Part shown: positions 28,621 through 38,348 of the stretch, piece after piece | Layout: each line of letters begins with the position of its first letter | Numbering within the stretch: position 1 is the first letter of the stretch | Virus record (IMG/VR): IMGVR_UViG_3300029914_000006 | DNA from: an uncultured virus (IMG/VR IMGVR_UViG_3300029914_000006) | Taxonomy: Duplodnaviria; Heunggongvirae; Uroviricota; Caudoviricetes | Direction: 5' to 3' (one strand) | DNA length: 64,000 nucleotides | The notes under the pieces: generated by a model | Told to the model about the DNA's origin: nothing | The model's input: only the letters and a program-made list of their open reading frames with translations | Database searches by the model: none | Made by a program: the position numbers and the translations under genes

Positions 28621-28779
28621 TATGTGGACAGCGCCCAAGATTCACGCGATGATGATGAAGGTTGCGCCAGCGCGGCCAGCCGCCAGCCTACGACCGGGCA
28701 AGGCAACCGCCGTGCATTCACCATCGCCGCGCGCATTTGCGGCTGAATCGCAGAGCGGTTACGGGAGAAAATGATGTCG

Positions 28780-29394
28780 CTAGCGGACAGCCCGAGTAAG
28801 AGATTGCTCGATGCTCCATCCGAGTTTTCCCAATCGCTGATAGATCACGTCAGCGTTTATCCCGGTTCGAGCAGCCCATTGCACAAGGTTGAGGGTCTCT
28901 CCTCTCCATGTTATTCGTCGATTGTTTCTTTTGTTGTTTGCTTGTTCGATGGGCGTAGACCACTTGCAATTTGTAGGTTCATAGTGGCCGTCATTGTTAA
29001 CTCGGTTAATCGAGTGATTACGAGATGGCCTTATCCCCATATCGCTAAGAAATGCCGGGAAACTGCTCCATTCCTCACACACTCGTATTCCCCTTCCGCC
29101 ATAGTCTGCATAGTCTCCCGACAAAGGATTGAAGCACCGATCTCGAATTCGACGCCATGTTCTATATTCGACCGATTTCGACATTCCGTGAATAGTTGCT
29201 CGGTCTCGGCTCAATTCTCGGCGAACGCATCCGCAGGATGTCGATGTTCCTCTTCGCAGGGCCTTGGTGTATACTTCAGCCAGTTTTCCGCATCGGCACA
29301 TGCAGAGCCACTTCGTTTCATGCTTGACTGGATCGGCCTGAGAAACCACCGTCCAGAATCCAAATTTTTGGCCGGTAATATCGGTTATTTTCAT
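28780..29394 (-). CDS. HNH homing endonuclease-like protein
   Basis: DITGQKFG..WLCMCRCG..SCGC, YGGRGIRVCEEW, NRVNNDGHYEPTNCKW. Confidence 0.88.
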   Translation of the reverse strand: MKITDITGQKFGFWTVVSQADPVKHETKWLCMCRCGKLAEVYTKALRRGTSTSCGCVRRELSRDRATIHGMSKSVEYRTWRRIRDRCFNPLSGDYADYGGRGIRVCEEWSSFPAFLSDMGIRPSRNHSINRVNNDGHYEPTNCKWSTPIEQANNKRNNRRITWRGETLNLVQWAARTGINADVIYQRLGKLGWSIEQSLTRAVR

Positions 29395-29429
29395 ATGTCA
29401 ATCGTACCTGAACTGGGGGGGTAATTTCA

Positions 29430-29633
29430 ATGGCTAAGTTGACTTCTGAAGAGCGAAACAGGCTACCGTCGAGCGATTTTGCTTTAAGCGGAAGACGCTT
29501 TCCAATGCCAGATAAAAGCCACGCAGCCAACGCGAAGGCCCGTGCCACGCAGATGGTGAAGCGTGGTAAACTCAGCCCAGCCAGCGCCGCAAAGATTCGC
29601 GCAAAAGCAGACCGCCTTTTAGGTGAGAAATAG
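29430..29633 (+). CDS. DUF6582-like small basic protein
   Basis: LTSEERNRLPSSDFA..RRFPMPDKSHAANAKAR. Confidence 0.65.
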   Translation: MAKLTSEERNRLPSSDFALSGRRFPMPDKSHAANAKARATQMVKRGKLSPASAAKIRAKADRLLGEK

Positions 29634-29642
29634 GAGATAAAC

Positions 29643-30056
29643 GTGGCAAATTCGCCAGTCGCAGGTCAAAATTCACTTCCACGCGCAGGATGCCATGATG
29701 CATCCATGTCCAAGGACCTTCAAGATACATTCTGCCAGGGAGCGTTTACGTCGCTCACCGGATCGGCAGACCCGCTACCGTTTCCCGGAAATGTCTCTCT
29801 CGATGGAACCGGCGTGGATAATCTCACTCTCGCCACACCGCTTCCTGGAAACCAGCCTGCCGGTGACGATGGAAAGTCTGTTTTCATCGTTGATACTGGT
29901 GGCCATGCGCACACGATCACAACCGCAGCGAACAAGATCGCCCCCTCGAAGCACATTGCCACGTTTGGCGGAACTGTCGGCAGCAATATCGAGTTGCAAG
30001 CCAGAAACGGTATTTGGTATCCCGTTGGCAGCCCACTCGGCGTGACATTCAGTTAG
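29643..30056 (+). CDS. Hypothetical virion protein
   Basis: AGGAG RBS; beta-rich. Confidence 0.6.
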   Translation: MANSPVAGQNSLPRAGCHDASMSKDLQDTFCQGAFTSLTGSADPLPFPGNVSLDGTGVDNLTLATPLPGNQPAGDDGKSVFIVDTGGHAHTITTAANKIAPSKHIATFGGTVGSNIELQARNGIWYPVGSPLGVTFS

Positions 30057-30064
30057 GAGGCGTC

Positions 30065-30349
30065 ATGGCGACCAAGACTTTGCAGGTCACGCAAACCGGC
30101 AGCGCTATACAGGTTTCGTCTGCGGTTATCTTTGCGCGCTGGATTCTACTACAGAACACAGCGGCGGCTACGATGACAATTGGCGATGCAACCGTAACGG
30201 CAACCAAGGGATACGTAATACCAGCTACCACGGGTTCCCTTCTACTTCCAGCGCTCGCCGATGTTTCGCAGCACTACGATTTGAGCGATTTCTTTACCAT
30301 CGGAACCAGCACTCAGGTTCTCAATATCGTCTACGATTCAATGACATAA
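30065..30349 (+). CDS. Hypothetical virion protein
   Basis: AGGAGG RBS; beta-rich. Confidence 0.6.
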   Translation: MATKTLQVTQTGSAIQVSSAVIFARWILLQNTAAATMTIGDATVTATKGYVIPATTGSLLLPALADVSQHYDLSDFFTIGTSTQVLNIVYDSMT

Positions 30350-30370
30350 TGACATGTGGAGTTAATCGAA

Positions 30371-30667
30371 ATGGCAAAGAAAGAGATTCGCCGCATGGTG
30401 ATCGAGCCCGCAGAGAACGGCGGGCACACGGTTTCTCATGAATACAAGCCCATTCAGCGCGAAGGGCGTCACGGCATGAGCGAAAGTTATTTAGAACCCG
30501 AGAAACATGTCTTCGGCGCAGACGAGGGGCACGAAATGCTGGCGCATGTCGCCAACCATCTGGCGATTCCTGAGCACGAGGAATCCGAGGAAACGCCTGA
30601 GATGGAAGCGAAATCGCACCCGGCATCGTTCCTCAAGGCTGCGCTGAAGGAAAAAAAGGAAGCCTAG
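30371..30667 (+). CDS. Hypothetical protein
   Basis: GGAG RBS; C-terminal motif shared with 54653..54820. Confidence 0.6.
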   Translation: MAKKEIRRMVIEPAENGGHTVSHEYKPIQREGRHGMSESYLEPEKHVFGADEGHEMLAHVANHLAIPEHEESEETPEMEAKSHPASFLKAALKEKKEA

Positions 30668-30673
30668 CCCCTC

Positions 30674-32761
30674 ATGGCAGATGCGAACGACAGTGCGACA
30701 GTTGATTTCATGGCGACAGCCCGCAAGCGGTTTGCGGCGGCCGCCGAGGATGAGCGCGAACTGCGCGTCAAGTTCGTGCAGGATCTCAAACTGGCTTCCC
30801 CGGATGGCGATGACCAGTGGGACCCGCAGATCAAGTTGCAACGCGAGATGGCAGGCCGCCCGGCGATGGCCTTCCCGCGCTGCCATACGTTCGTTCAGCA
30901 GGTCAGCAATGAGGCCCGCCAGAATAAGCCTCAGGTTAAGTTTGCGCCGCGACTGGATGCCGACAAGGACACCGCCGAGGTCTACGAGGGCCTAGCACGG
31001 TTCATCCAGTACGAATCCAACGCGCAGATCGCCTACGAAACAGCCATCGAATACAGCGCGGGCGGTTCATTCGGCTACTACCGCTTCCTGACTGAGTATG
31101 CGGAAGACGAAGGCGACGAACTCGACCTCAAGATTCTCCCCGTCATGGACCCTATGACAGTCTATGGGATCGTTGTTCCCACCTGCTTCAATCGCAAGCC
31201 GCGTTTTGCGTTCGTAGTTGAGGAAATCCCCAAGGAAGAGTACAGGGCGCTTTACGGCGACAGCGAAATGGCTTCGCTCTCGTGGGATTCCGCTTCGCAG
31301 CGCGCAGAGGGGTGGGTCGGTTCCGACTCGGTGCGTATCGCAGAGTACTGGTGGTGCGAAGAGGTAAAGATCAAGGGAAAGCGCCCAAAAACCAAGGTTT
31401 TATTCTGCAAAATCAATGGGCTGGAAGAACTTCCTGATACGCGCACCGAATGGGCAGGTTCTGAAATACCGATTATCCCGGTTCTTGGCAAGCAGATGAT
31501 TATTGAGGGCAAGCCCCGTCTGTCCTCAGTAGTTCGCTCGCAGAAATCCGCTCAGCAGATGCTGAATTACGCAAAATCGCGCGTTGCTGAGACGTTGGCG
31601 CAGTCTCCGGTGTCGCCATACATGATCGCCGAGGGCCAAGACGCTGGATACGAGAAGGAATGGGCGACGATCAATACGGTTCCGCGTCCTAGTGTGCATT
31701 TCAAAGTCGTTGATATGGCCGGTCGTCCGCTCCCTGCACCCACGCGCAACACGTTCGAGCCTCCGATTCAGTCGCTTTCTGAGTTCATCGCCCAGGAAGT
31801 GGACGATATGAAGGCCACTACGGGCATCTATGACGCATCGCTGGGCGCTAAGGGGAACGAGACTACCGGCAGGGCGATTCAGGCCCGCCAGCAGTCCTCC
31901 AACCTTACCACCATGCATTTTCTCGATAACCTGGAGCGCTCATTCCGGCAGGCGGGCGACATTATCGAGGAGATGATCCCCAAGATTTACGACACCGAGC
32001 GCGAAGTGACCATTCTCGGCCAGGACGAGAAATCCAAGGTGGTAACCATCAACGCGGAGCACACTGACGAAGCCGGAAAGTCGCATCACTACAAGATCGC
32101 CGGGAAGCGCGTGCCGCTGGTGGTCACTATGGGCCGCGCGTATGACTCGAAGCGGATGGAGACGTTCGATTTTGTACAGAATTTGATTCGCTCCGTGCCG
32201 ACGATGGTCCCGATTCTCGGCGATTTGATGATGAAGAATTCGGACATGGCTGGCGCGGATGAAGCAGCCGAGCGGTTGCACAAGATGCTGCCGGCGCAGT
32301 TGCAGGACAATGAAAACGCGCTTCCGCCCCAGGCGCAGGCCGCCGTTGCGCAGGCTCACCAGCAAATGCAGGCCATGCAGGGTGAACTCGCCAAGCTGAC
32401 AATGGAGAAGCAGGCCAAGCACCTTGAGCACATGGGCAAGATGGAAGAGATTGCGGCCAAGGCTCAGGCCGATATGGCGCTCGAGGACAAGAAGTTGCTG
32501 ACGGCTATCACTGTCGCGGAGATAAACACCAAGGCGCAGAACGCGGCCGACCGCGAAGCAGATCGCAGGGCGCTTGAGGCGCAGTTCCACGATCAGGCGC
32601 ATGATGTAGCAATGCAGGCTCAACAGCAACAGGCCGCGCAGCAGATGCAGCAACAGCAGGCTGCGGCACAGAGCCAACAGAGTTCACAAGATGCGGCGCA
32701 GCAGCAAGAGCAGCAAGTAGCACCGCAGCAAACCGCTGACCCGGCGCAAGGGGCGAATTGA
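30674..32761 (+). CDS. Portal protein (P22 gp1-like)
   Basis: 695 aa. DQW..GRP..FVQQVSNEARQNKP, IPIIPVLG, NETTGRAIQARQ, FLDNL, IPKIYDTER, Gln-rich barrel tail. Confidence 0.93.
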   Translation: MADANDSATVDFMATARKRFAAAAEDERELRVKFVQDLKLASPDGDDQWDPQIKLQREMAGRPAMAFPRCHTFVQQVSNEARQNKPQVKFAPRLDADKDTAEVYEGLARFIQYESNAQIAYETAIEYSAGGSFGYYRFLTEYAEDEGDELDLKILPVMDPMTVYGIVVPTCFNRKPRFAFVVEEIPKEEYRALYGDSEMASLSWDSASQRAEGWVGSDSVRIAEYWWCEEVKIKGKRPKTKVLFCKINGLEELPDTRTEWAGSEIPIIPVLGKQMIIEGKPRLSSVVRSQKSAQQMLNYAKSRVAETLAQSPVSPYMIAEGQDAGYEKEWATINTVPRPSVHFKVVDMAGRPLPAPTRNTFEPPIQSLSEFIAQEVDDMKATTGIYDASLGAKGNETTGRAIQARQQSSNLTTMHFLDNLERSFRQAGDIIEEMIPKIYDTEREVTILGQDEKSKVVTINAEHTDEAGKSHHYKIAGKRVPLVVTMGRAYDSKRMETFDFVQNLIRSVPTMVPILGDLMMKNSDMAGADEAAERLHKMLPAQLQDNENALPPQAQAAVAQAHQQMQAMQGELAKLTMEKQAKHLEHMGKMEEIAAKAQADMALEDKKLLTAITVAEINTKAQNAADREADRRALEAQFHDQAHDVAMQAQQQQAAQQMQQQQAAAQSQQSSQDAAQQQEQQVAPQQTADPAQGAN

Positions 32762-32769
32762 GGAGAAAG

Positions 32770-32961
32770 ATGCAGCCACATCAGCAACGCGTAGTAGACG
32801 AGAAAGCGGAATTATCCGGCAAGCTGTACAAGTTGGAAACGTTCCATGATACCGCTATTTTTGCTTCTCTACCGCCTGCTGAGCAAACGCGTCTTACGCG
32901 CCAGCTCTACATCATGAAGCTTTACGAGCAGGTTTTGTCTGAGCGCATCGCAGCGTTCTAG
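32770..32961 (+). CDS. crAss001_48-like small helical protein
   Basis: MQPHQQRVVDEKAEL..KL..F..EQ.RL..Q..IM..Y..VL.ERIAAF. Confidence 0.7.
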   Translation: MQPHQQRVVDEKAELSGKLYKLETFHDTAIFASLPPAEQTRLTRQLYIMKLYEQVLSERIAAF

Positions 32962-33003
32962 TAATCACCGGCGCAACCACAGAATTTTCAAGGGGAATCA
33001 ACC

Positions 33004-33969
33004 ATGGCAACAGAGACGCAAGCGGCATCGTCACCCGTCGAAGCAACAGACCCATTCAACGGGCAGTCCCCCACGCTCCACGAGTTCAATTCGTACCGTG
33101 CGACAGGGGAAGTCCCGGCCAGATTCGCACCAGCCGAAGACGCGGACCCGGAACCCGCAGATGAGACACCAGCCGAGGGCGAAGAGCCCGAAACCGCACC
33201 GGAAACGGCACCGGAAGACGATCAGGAGCCGCCCGAGGGCATTGGCAACAAGGCCCGCAGGCGATTCGAGAAGTTGCTCGCTGAAAACAAGGCACTCAAG
33301 GCAGCACAGCAGGCCAAACCAGACGTTACCCCGGTCCCGTCTCCCGCGCCGCAAGCCGCCCAGGTTGCCCCGACAAGTCCAGAGCCGACCGTGAACGACA
33401 CGAAAGATGATGGAACGCTGAAATATGCGGACTATGCTGATTTCGTGAAGGCATTGGGCCGGTGGTCAGCCGAGCAAACTCTCCACGAAGCGCATCAGCG
33501 CGAAGTTCAGCAGAGGCAAGTCAGCCAGGTACAGGAAAACGTCGAAGATGCCCGCAAACGGTACGGCACCGAGTTTGACTCGGTGATCGAGCCCACTGCA
33601 GCAACCATTATGGGAGACAAAACCATTCCCATGCAGGTCAAGCAGATGCTGTCAGAATCAGACGTGCTTCCAGAGTTGATTTACACGATTGGGACGGACC
33701 AGAAAACCATGAAGGAACTGGAACGACTTTCGCGTGTGAATCCATCGCAGGCGATTCGTTACATCGCAACTCTCGAAGCTGGTATCCGACTTGAACTTGC
33801 TGCCGAACCGAACGCTGCCGCTACTCCTGAGCCGAAGAAAACCGCCGCCCCGAAACCGCCGTCCCCTGTAAATGGGGCGAGTTCCAGGGCCTTTGACGTG
33901 AGCGACGAAAGCCTTTCCCCGGACGACTGGGCGCGTAAGCGCAACCAGCAACTCGCCAGTAGAAGGTAA
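33004..33969 (+). CDS. Scaffolding protein
   Basis: Acidic/Pro-rich, lies between portal and coat. Confidence 0.8.
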   Translation: MATETQAASSPVEATDPFNGQSPTLHEFNSYRATGEVPARFAPAEDADPEPADETPAEGEEPETAPETAPEDDQEPPEGIGNKARRRFEKLLAENKALKAAQQAKPDVTPVPSPAPQAAQVAPTSPEPTVNDTKDDGTLKYADYADFVKALGRWSAEQTLHEAHQREVQQRQVSQVQENVEDARKRYGTEFDSVIEPTAATIMGDKTIPMQVKQMLSESDVLPELIYTIGTDQKTMKELERLSRVNPSQAIRYIATLEAGIRLELAAEPNAAATPEPKKTAAPKPPSPVNGASSRAFDVSDESLSPDDWARKRNQQLASRR

Positions 33970-33992
33970 TCGAGCACTCAGGAGAATTAATC

Positions 33993-35192
33993 ATGGCTAA
34001 TAGCCTCCTTTCACCGACCATCATTACTCGTGAAGCACTTCGAATTTTGCACGCCAACCTGAATTTCATTGAGAACTGCGACAAGCAGTATGACAAGCAG
34101 TTCGCCAACAGCGGAGCCTCGCCTTCAGGCAAGATCGGCCCCTCGCTGACCATCCGTATGCCGAACCAGTACACGGTTCGCACCGGCTCGGTCATCAGCG
34201 TTCAGGACACCACCGAAACCAGCCAAGTGCTCACCGTTTCTACGCAGAAGGGCGTGGACACCAACTTTACCTCCGCAGATCTCTCCCTCACCATCGATGA
34301 GTTCAGCGAGCGCTACCTGAAGCCCGCCATGTCGGTTCTGGCATCGAATATCGAAGCTGATGCATTGAGCATGATGCTGAACGTCTACAACGCCATCGAC
34401 GACAACGCCAACACGCTCACCTACAAGGACATTGCCCTGGGTCGCCGGATGCTCAACCAGAACCTTGCGCCGGATGAGGGCGAGCGGGTAGGCATTCTGA
34501 CTTCGCAGCATGTGCCCAGCTTCCTCGACGGGATCAAGGGACTGTTCAACCCGCAGGAAAGCATTTCGCGTCCGTACCTTACCGGAAAAATCGGCAAGGT
34601 GAGCGGGATGAACACCTACGAGAACACGATCATCCCCAACTTCCAGAGCGGCACGGCGGCGGCCGCCACCGGCTACACCGCAACATTGGCAAGCGGCAGC
34701 GCCACGGCGACACTCGCCGCGGGTTCAGCTACATTCACGGCTGGCGATATCGTCACATTCGCCGGCATTTACGCCGTCCACCCTGAAACCAAGGCCAATC
34801 TCGGATACCTGCAGCAGTTCGTGTTCACCGCTGCCGTAGCCGGGGCCGGCGCGGCCACCATCTCCCCTACTCCGGTAAGCTCTGGAGCCACGCAGAACGT
34901 GACCGGCACGCTGACCTCCGGCCTTGCGGTCGTCAAGGTTGGCGGCGGCGCTTCTGCCCTCTACAACCAGTCGATCCTCTTCCACCCGGAAGCGTTCGCC
35001 TTCGTCACCGCCGATCTGATCGACGTATCGAAGTTCGGCGCATGGGGCGCGCGCGAGGTCATGGACGGCATTTCCATGCGCATCGCTCGGCAGTACGACA
35101 TCACGAACGACAAAATCCCGTGCAGGATTGATGTTTTGTACGGATATCGAACCATCCGTCCCCAGCTTGCTGTGAGAGTTATTGCACAGTAA
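33993..35192 (+). CDS. Major capsid protein (P22 coat gp5 family)
   Basis: MANSLLSPTIITREALRILH, KIG..LTIRMP, FSERYLKPAM, RIDVLYGY..IRPQLA. Confidence 0.95.
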   Translation: MANSLLSPTIITREALRILHANLNFIENCDKQYDKQFANSGASPSGKIGPSLTIRMPNQYTVRTGSVISVQDTTETSQVLTVSTQKGVDTNFTSADLSLTIDEFSERYLKPAMSVLASNIEADALSMMLNVYNAIDDNANTLTYKDIALGRRMLNQNLAPDEGERVGILTSQHVPSFLDGIKGLFNPQESISRPYLTGKIGKVSGMNTYENTIIPNFQSGTAAAATGYTATLASGSATATLAAGSATFTAGDIVTFAGIYAVHPETKANLGYLQQFVFTAAVAGAGAATISPTPVSSGATQNVTGTLTSGLAVVKVGGGASALYNQSILFHPEAFAFVTADLIDVSKFGAWGAREVMDGISMRIARQYDITNDKIPCRIDVLYGYRTIRPQLAVRVIAQ

Positions 35193-35230
35193 CGGTTTAC
35201 CTCCATTCCTTGCTGGTGTATCATGTCAAT

Positions 35231-35857
35231 ATGAACATGACACCAGCGGGGAATCGAGTGGAATTCTTTGGCGGACTTTGTTCCATCAAGGGTTGTGACC
35301 TTCCGGAATTGGCGGCGGGTTTCTGCAACAAGCACTGGCGGCGTTTACGGAAGTATGGTTCTCCGCTATGGCTGGCAAATCCATCAGGGTCGTATCGTGG
35401 ACTTCCGGCCGAGGTCAGATTCTTCAAGCGAGTCATTAAGACAGACGCTTGCTGGGACTGGCAGGGTGGAGTGGACGCAGACGGGTATGGAGTCTTTATG
35501 GGAGAGGTTTTAGGAACGGTATTACGAAGGGCGCACCGCTTCTCGTGGTCCTTTCACAATAACCGCACTATTGCTCCCGGCATGGAGATTCTGCATTCTT
35601 GCGATAACCCAAAATGTGTTAACCCAGACCATCTGTCTCTTGGAAACGCTGCTGAAAATCAGCGAGATAAGTGGACAAAGGGTAGAGGTTGGGTACATAA
35701 GGGAACATCTCACTGGTCCACGAAACTAAGCGAAGAACAAGTCCGTGAAATCCGCTCCAGCACGGAGACGCAGAAGCAACTAGGGATGAAATATGGTCTC
35801 AAGCAGTCCACCATCTCATGTATCGTTAGTCGTAAATCGTGGAAGCACGTAGACTGA
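35231..35857 (+). CDS. HNH endonuclease with C-terminal HTH
   Basis: CWDWQG..GYG..RAHRFSW..ILHSCDNPKCVNPDHL; TKLSEEQVREIR. Confidence 0.9.
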   Translation: MNMTPAGNRVEFFGGLCSIKGCDLPELAAGFCNKHWRRLRKYGSPLWLANPSGSYRGLPAEVRFFKRVIKTDACWDWQGGVDADGYGVFMGEVLGTVLRRAHRFSWSFHNNRTIAPGMEILHSCDNPKCVNPDHLSLGNAAENQRDKWTKGRGWVHKGTSHWSTKLSEEQVREIRSSTETQKQLGMKYGLKQSTISCIVSRKSWKHVD

Positions 35858-35871
35858 TAAGGAGAATCATC

Positions 35872-36111
35872 ATGGCAGCAGGAAAGCAGCTCAGCGACAA
35901 TAACGGCAGCGGAACCGCCCTCGGACAGTCCTCTACCGATACCATCAGCTTCTACGGGGCAACGCCCGTAGCGCAACGCGCCAGCATCGCGGGGAATGCA
36001 AGCACGCTCATCTCCGTATCGTCCAATGCCACCATTGCCTCCAATTTGGGCGCATGGATGGCCGAGGTGAACGCAACCCTTCAGGCACTTGGAATCTGGG
36101 CCGCCCACTAA
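35872..36111 (+). CDS. Small capsid-associated protein
   Basis: LGQSSTDTISFYGATPVAQ; AGGAG RBS. Confidence 0.6.
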   Translation: MAAGKQLSDNNGSGTALGQSSTDTISFYGATPVAQRASIAGNASTLISVSSNATIASNLGAWMAEVNATLQALGIWAAH

Positions 36112-36816
36112 ATGACGGGCAAGAAAAAAGTCGTATTCGCAACGCCGAGTATAGCGGGGCCGACAGCGCCTTACATTGAGTCGCTGAAAGCCTCGCTCCC
36201 TCTTATCGTCGCGGCTGGATGGGATGAGGGATACGCGCAGAAAGTAGGGTGCCCGTATATCTCCTGCGCTCGTGCAGATATGCTGCGCATGGCACTAGAT
36301 GCCAAGGCCGATGTGATTGTGTTTCTTGATTACGATCTTTCATGGGATGCGCCTGACCTCTTGAATCTGATTGAAACTAAGGGCGATGTGGTATCAGGAA
36401 CTTATCGTTTCAAAGAGGAAAACGAAGCGGAGCCTGAGCGCTATATGGGCAATTGGGATATGAATCCAGATTGGACCCCAAAGATTCGTGAATCTGACGG
36501 CGCAATCAGCGCGACTCTCATTCCCGCAGGTTTCCTCAAGATCACCAAAGAGGCCGTCGACAAGTTCATGGGCGAATATCCTGAACTGAGCTATGGGCCG
36601 AGATACAGTCCTACGGTGGATTTATTCAATCATGGGGCAAGGGATCGTATATGGTGGGGAGAGGATTACTCATTTGCGCAGCGGTGGAAGGAAAAATGCG
36701 GCGATATCTGGCTGGTTCCTGACCTGAACATCGACCACCACGCCGCCGACAAGGTTTATCCAGGCAATTTGCATGAATTTCTTATGCGCCAACCTGGGGG
36801 GAGCAAGGCAAAATGA
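36112..36816 (+). CDS. GT-A fold glycosyltransferase-like protein
   Basis: VVFATP, ISCAR, VFLDYD (DxD), GFLKI, GEDYSF motifs. Confidence 0.75.
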   Translation: MTGKKKVVFATPSIAGPTAPYIESLKASLPLIVAAGWDEGYAQKVGCPYISCARADMLRMALDAKADVIVFLDYDLSWDAPDLLNLIETKGDVVSGTYRFKEENEAEPERYMGNWDMNPDWTPKIRESDGAISATLIPAGFLKITKEAVDKFMGEYPELSYGPRYSPTVDLFNHGARDRIWWGEDYSFAQRWKEKCGDIWLVPDLNIDHHAADKVYPGNLHEFLMRQPGGSKAK

Positions 36817-36986
36817 CAAGCAAGGAAATCCAACTCATCGCACCGACCGATCTCAGCACAAACGCTTGGCTCAAGATAATCGCGCTTCAGTTGTCGATTC
36901 TGATTGAGGCGCTGGCATCGGAAGCTCCACAGGTTCAGCCGATCCCCGAGAAGCGCGGTCCCGGCCGTCCCCGAAAGGTCGCATAA
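36813..36986 (+). CDS. Small AT-hook protein
   Basis: C-terminal KRGPGRPRK; coupled on both sides. Confidence 0.55.
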   Translation: MTSKEIQLIAPTDLSTNAWLKIIALQLSILIEALASEAPQVQPIPEKRGPGRPRKVA

Positions 36987-37837
36987 TGGCGCTGATTCTC
37001 ACGGACCAATCCGGCAACCAGTATTCGCTATCGGTGGACGCGGCGAGCGGATCGCTGCTGACCAATCCGGTATCCAACCTGACGCCGACAACCGCCGACA
37101 ACTCCATCTTCTTCACGACGCTTTCGCTCATCACTGCGGCGATGCGCCTGATCAATGTGGTAGCCTCTGGCGAGCTGCCCACCAGCGACGAGGCAAACGA
37201 TGCGCTGATGGCGTTTCAGTGGATGGTGGACTCGTGGAACGCAGACAGCCTATCCATCTTCACCATGAGCGCCTCAGACTATCCGCTGTCGCTCGGCAAG
37301 CAAGCGTACACTTTGGGGCCGGGTGGAGATTTCAACGCAACGCGCCCCTCGCAGATCGTGGGAATGAGCGCGATCCTGCTCAATAATCCGACGAACCCAG
37401 TTGAGGTTCCGATTGACCTGTACACCATGACCCAGTGGCAGACGCAGGTTCCGGTAAAGAACGTCCCGGGCACATTCCCGCTGGTCTGCTATGACGATGG
37501 CGGCGCACCGCTACGCACGCTGTCTTTCTGGCCCATCCCCAACTCACAGCCAAACAATGTGCGCATTTACGCCTGGCAGTCGCTCGTCTGGCCGGCCACG
37601 CTGCAAACCATCCTCAATTTCCCGCCGGGGTATGCGCGGGCCTTCGTCTACAATCTCGCCCTGGAGTTGGCTCCGCAATTCGGAGCGCAGATCCACCCCG
37701 CAGTTGCGAAAATAGCTGTGGAGTCGCTTGCAATGGTCAAGACGCAGAATGCGCCTGATTTGAACCTGATTTCTGACCTTCAAACCAACCCTGCCGGTTA
37801 CCAATGGAAAGCGGATATGTTCGGGATACCGTACTAA
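36986..37837 (+). CDS. Head-tail connector (P22 gp4-like)
   Basis: LITAAMRLINVVASGELPT..EANDAL..MVDSW; FPPGYARA..YNLALELAPQFG. Confidence 0.8.
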   Translation: MALILTDQSGNQYSLSVDAASGSLLTNPVSNLTPTTADNSIFFTTLSLITAAMRLINVVASGELPTSDEANDALMAFQWMVDSWNADSLSIFTMSASDYPLSLGKQAYTLGPGGDFNATRPSQIVGMSAILLNNPTNPVEVPIDLYTMTQWQTQVPVKNVPGTFPLVCYDDGGAPLRTLSFWPIPNSQPNNVRIYAWQSLVWPATLQTILNFPPGYARAFVYNLALELAPQFGAQIHPAVAKIAVESLAMVKTQNAPDLNLISDLQTNPAGYQWKADMFGIPY

Positions 37838-37850
37838 CGATTGGAGCTAT

Positions 37851-38348
37851 ATGAAAATGATCCAGATCAAGAAAAGCCCCACGGCTGATACACGCACCTG
37901 CGACTTTGCAAACACAAGCAAAGACACTTTGCTATCCAGTAGTTTCCAGCACATTGAGGACGTGCGATTCGCTCTTGAGTTCTTTATCGAGAAAATGCAG
38001 AGATCGCGGGATGCGCACGACCACGACAAGATCAGCGATATCGATGGATTCCACCGCGACTTCCTGACTGGATTCGAGGAGCACTCATGGTGGGACAATC
38101 ACCGCAAAGTGAATCGCCATCACCTACTCGAAGCAGACGGCGTGCCAGAGGACGTAAACCTGATCGACGTCTTGGATATGATTTCCGATTGCGTTATGGC
38201 GGGGATGGCTCGGTCTGGATCGGTTTATCCTCTCAACATCGACCCTGACGTTCTCATGAGGGCATTCCAGAACACGGTCGAACTTCTCAAGAAGAACGTC
38301 GAAGTTGTAGATTGGTCAGAACAGGAGAAATACATTGGCCTCATTTGA
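37851..38348 (+). CDS. HD-like (DUF5662-like) protein; probably a hybrid of the phage A 5' end and the phage B 3' end
   Basis: Contains the 127-bp repeat. Downstream of it the sequence diverges from 128-389, mostly at synonymous sites. Confidence 0.65.
   Translation: MKMIQIKKSPTADTRTCDFANTSKDTLLSSSFQHIEDVRFALEFFIEKMQRSRDAHDHDKISDIDGFHRDFLTGFEEHSWWDNHRKVNRHHLLEADGVPEDVNLIDVLDMISDCVMAGMARSGSVYPLNIDPDVLMRAFQNTVELLKKNVEVVDWSEQEKYIGLI

Larger units (their letters stand above)
1..38053. mobile_element. Phage A: apparently complete, circularly permuted P22-like podophage genome (37,926 bp unit)
   Basis: Full set of packaging, head, ejection, fibre, replication and lysis genes. Bases 1-127 are identical to 37927-38053, and joining them restores one intact ORF between the head-tail genes. 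Confidence 0.88.
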
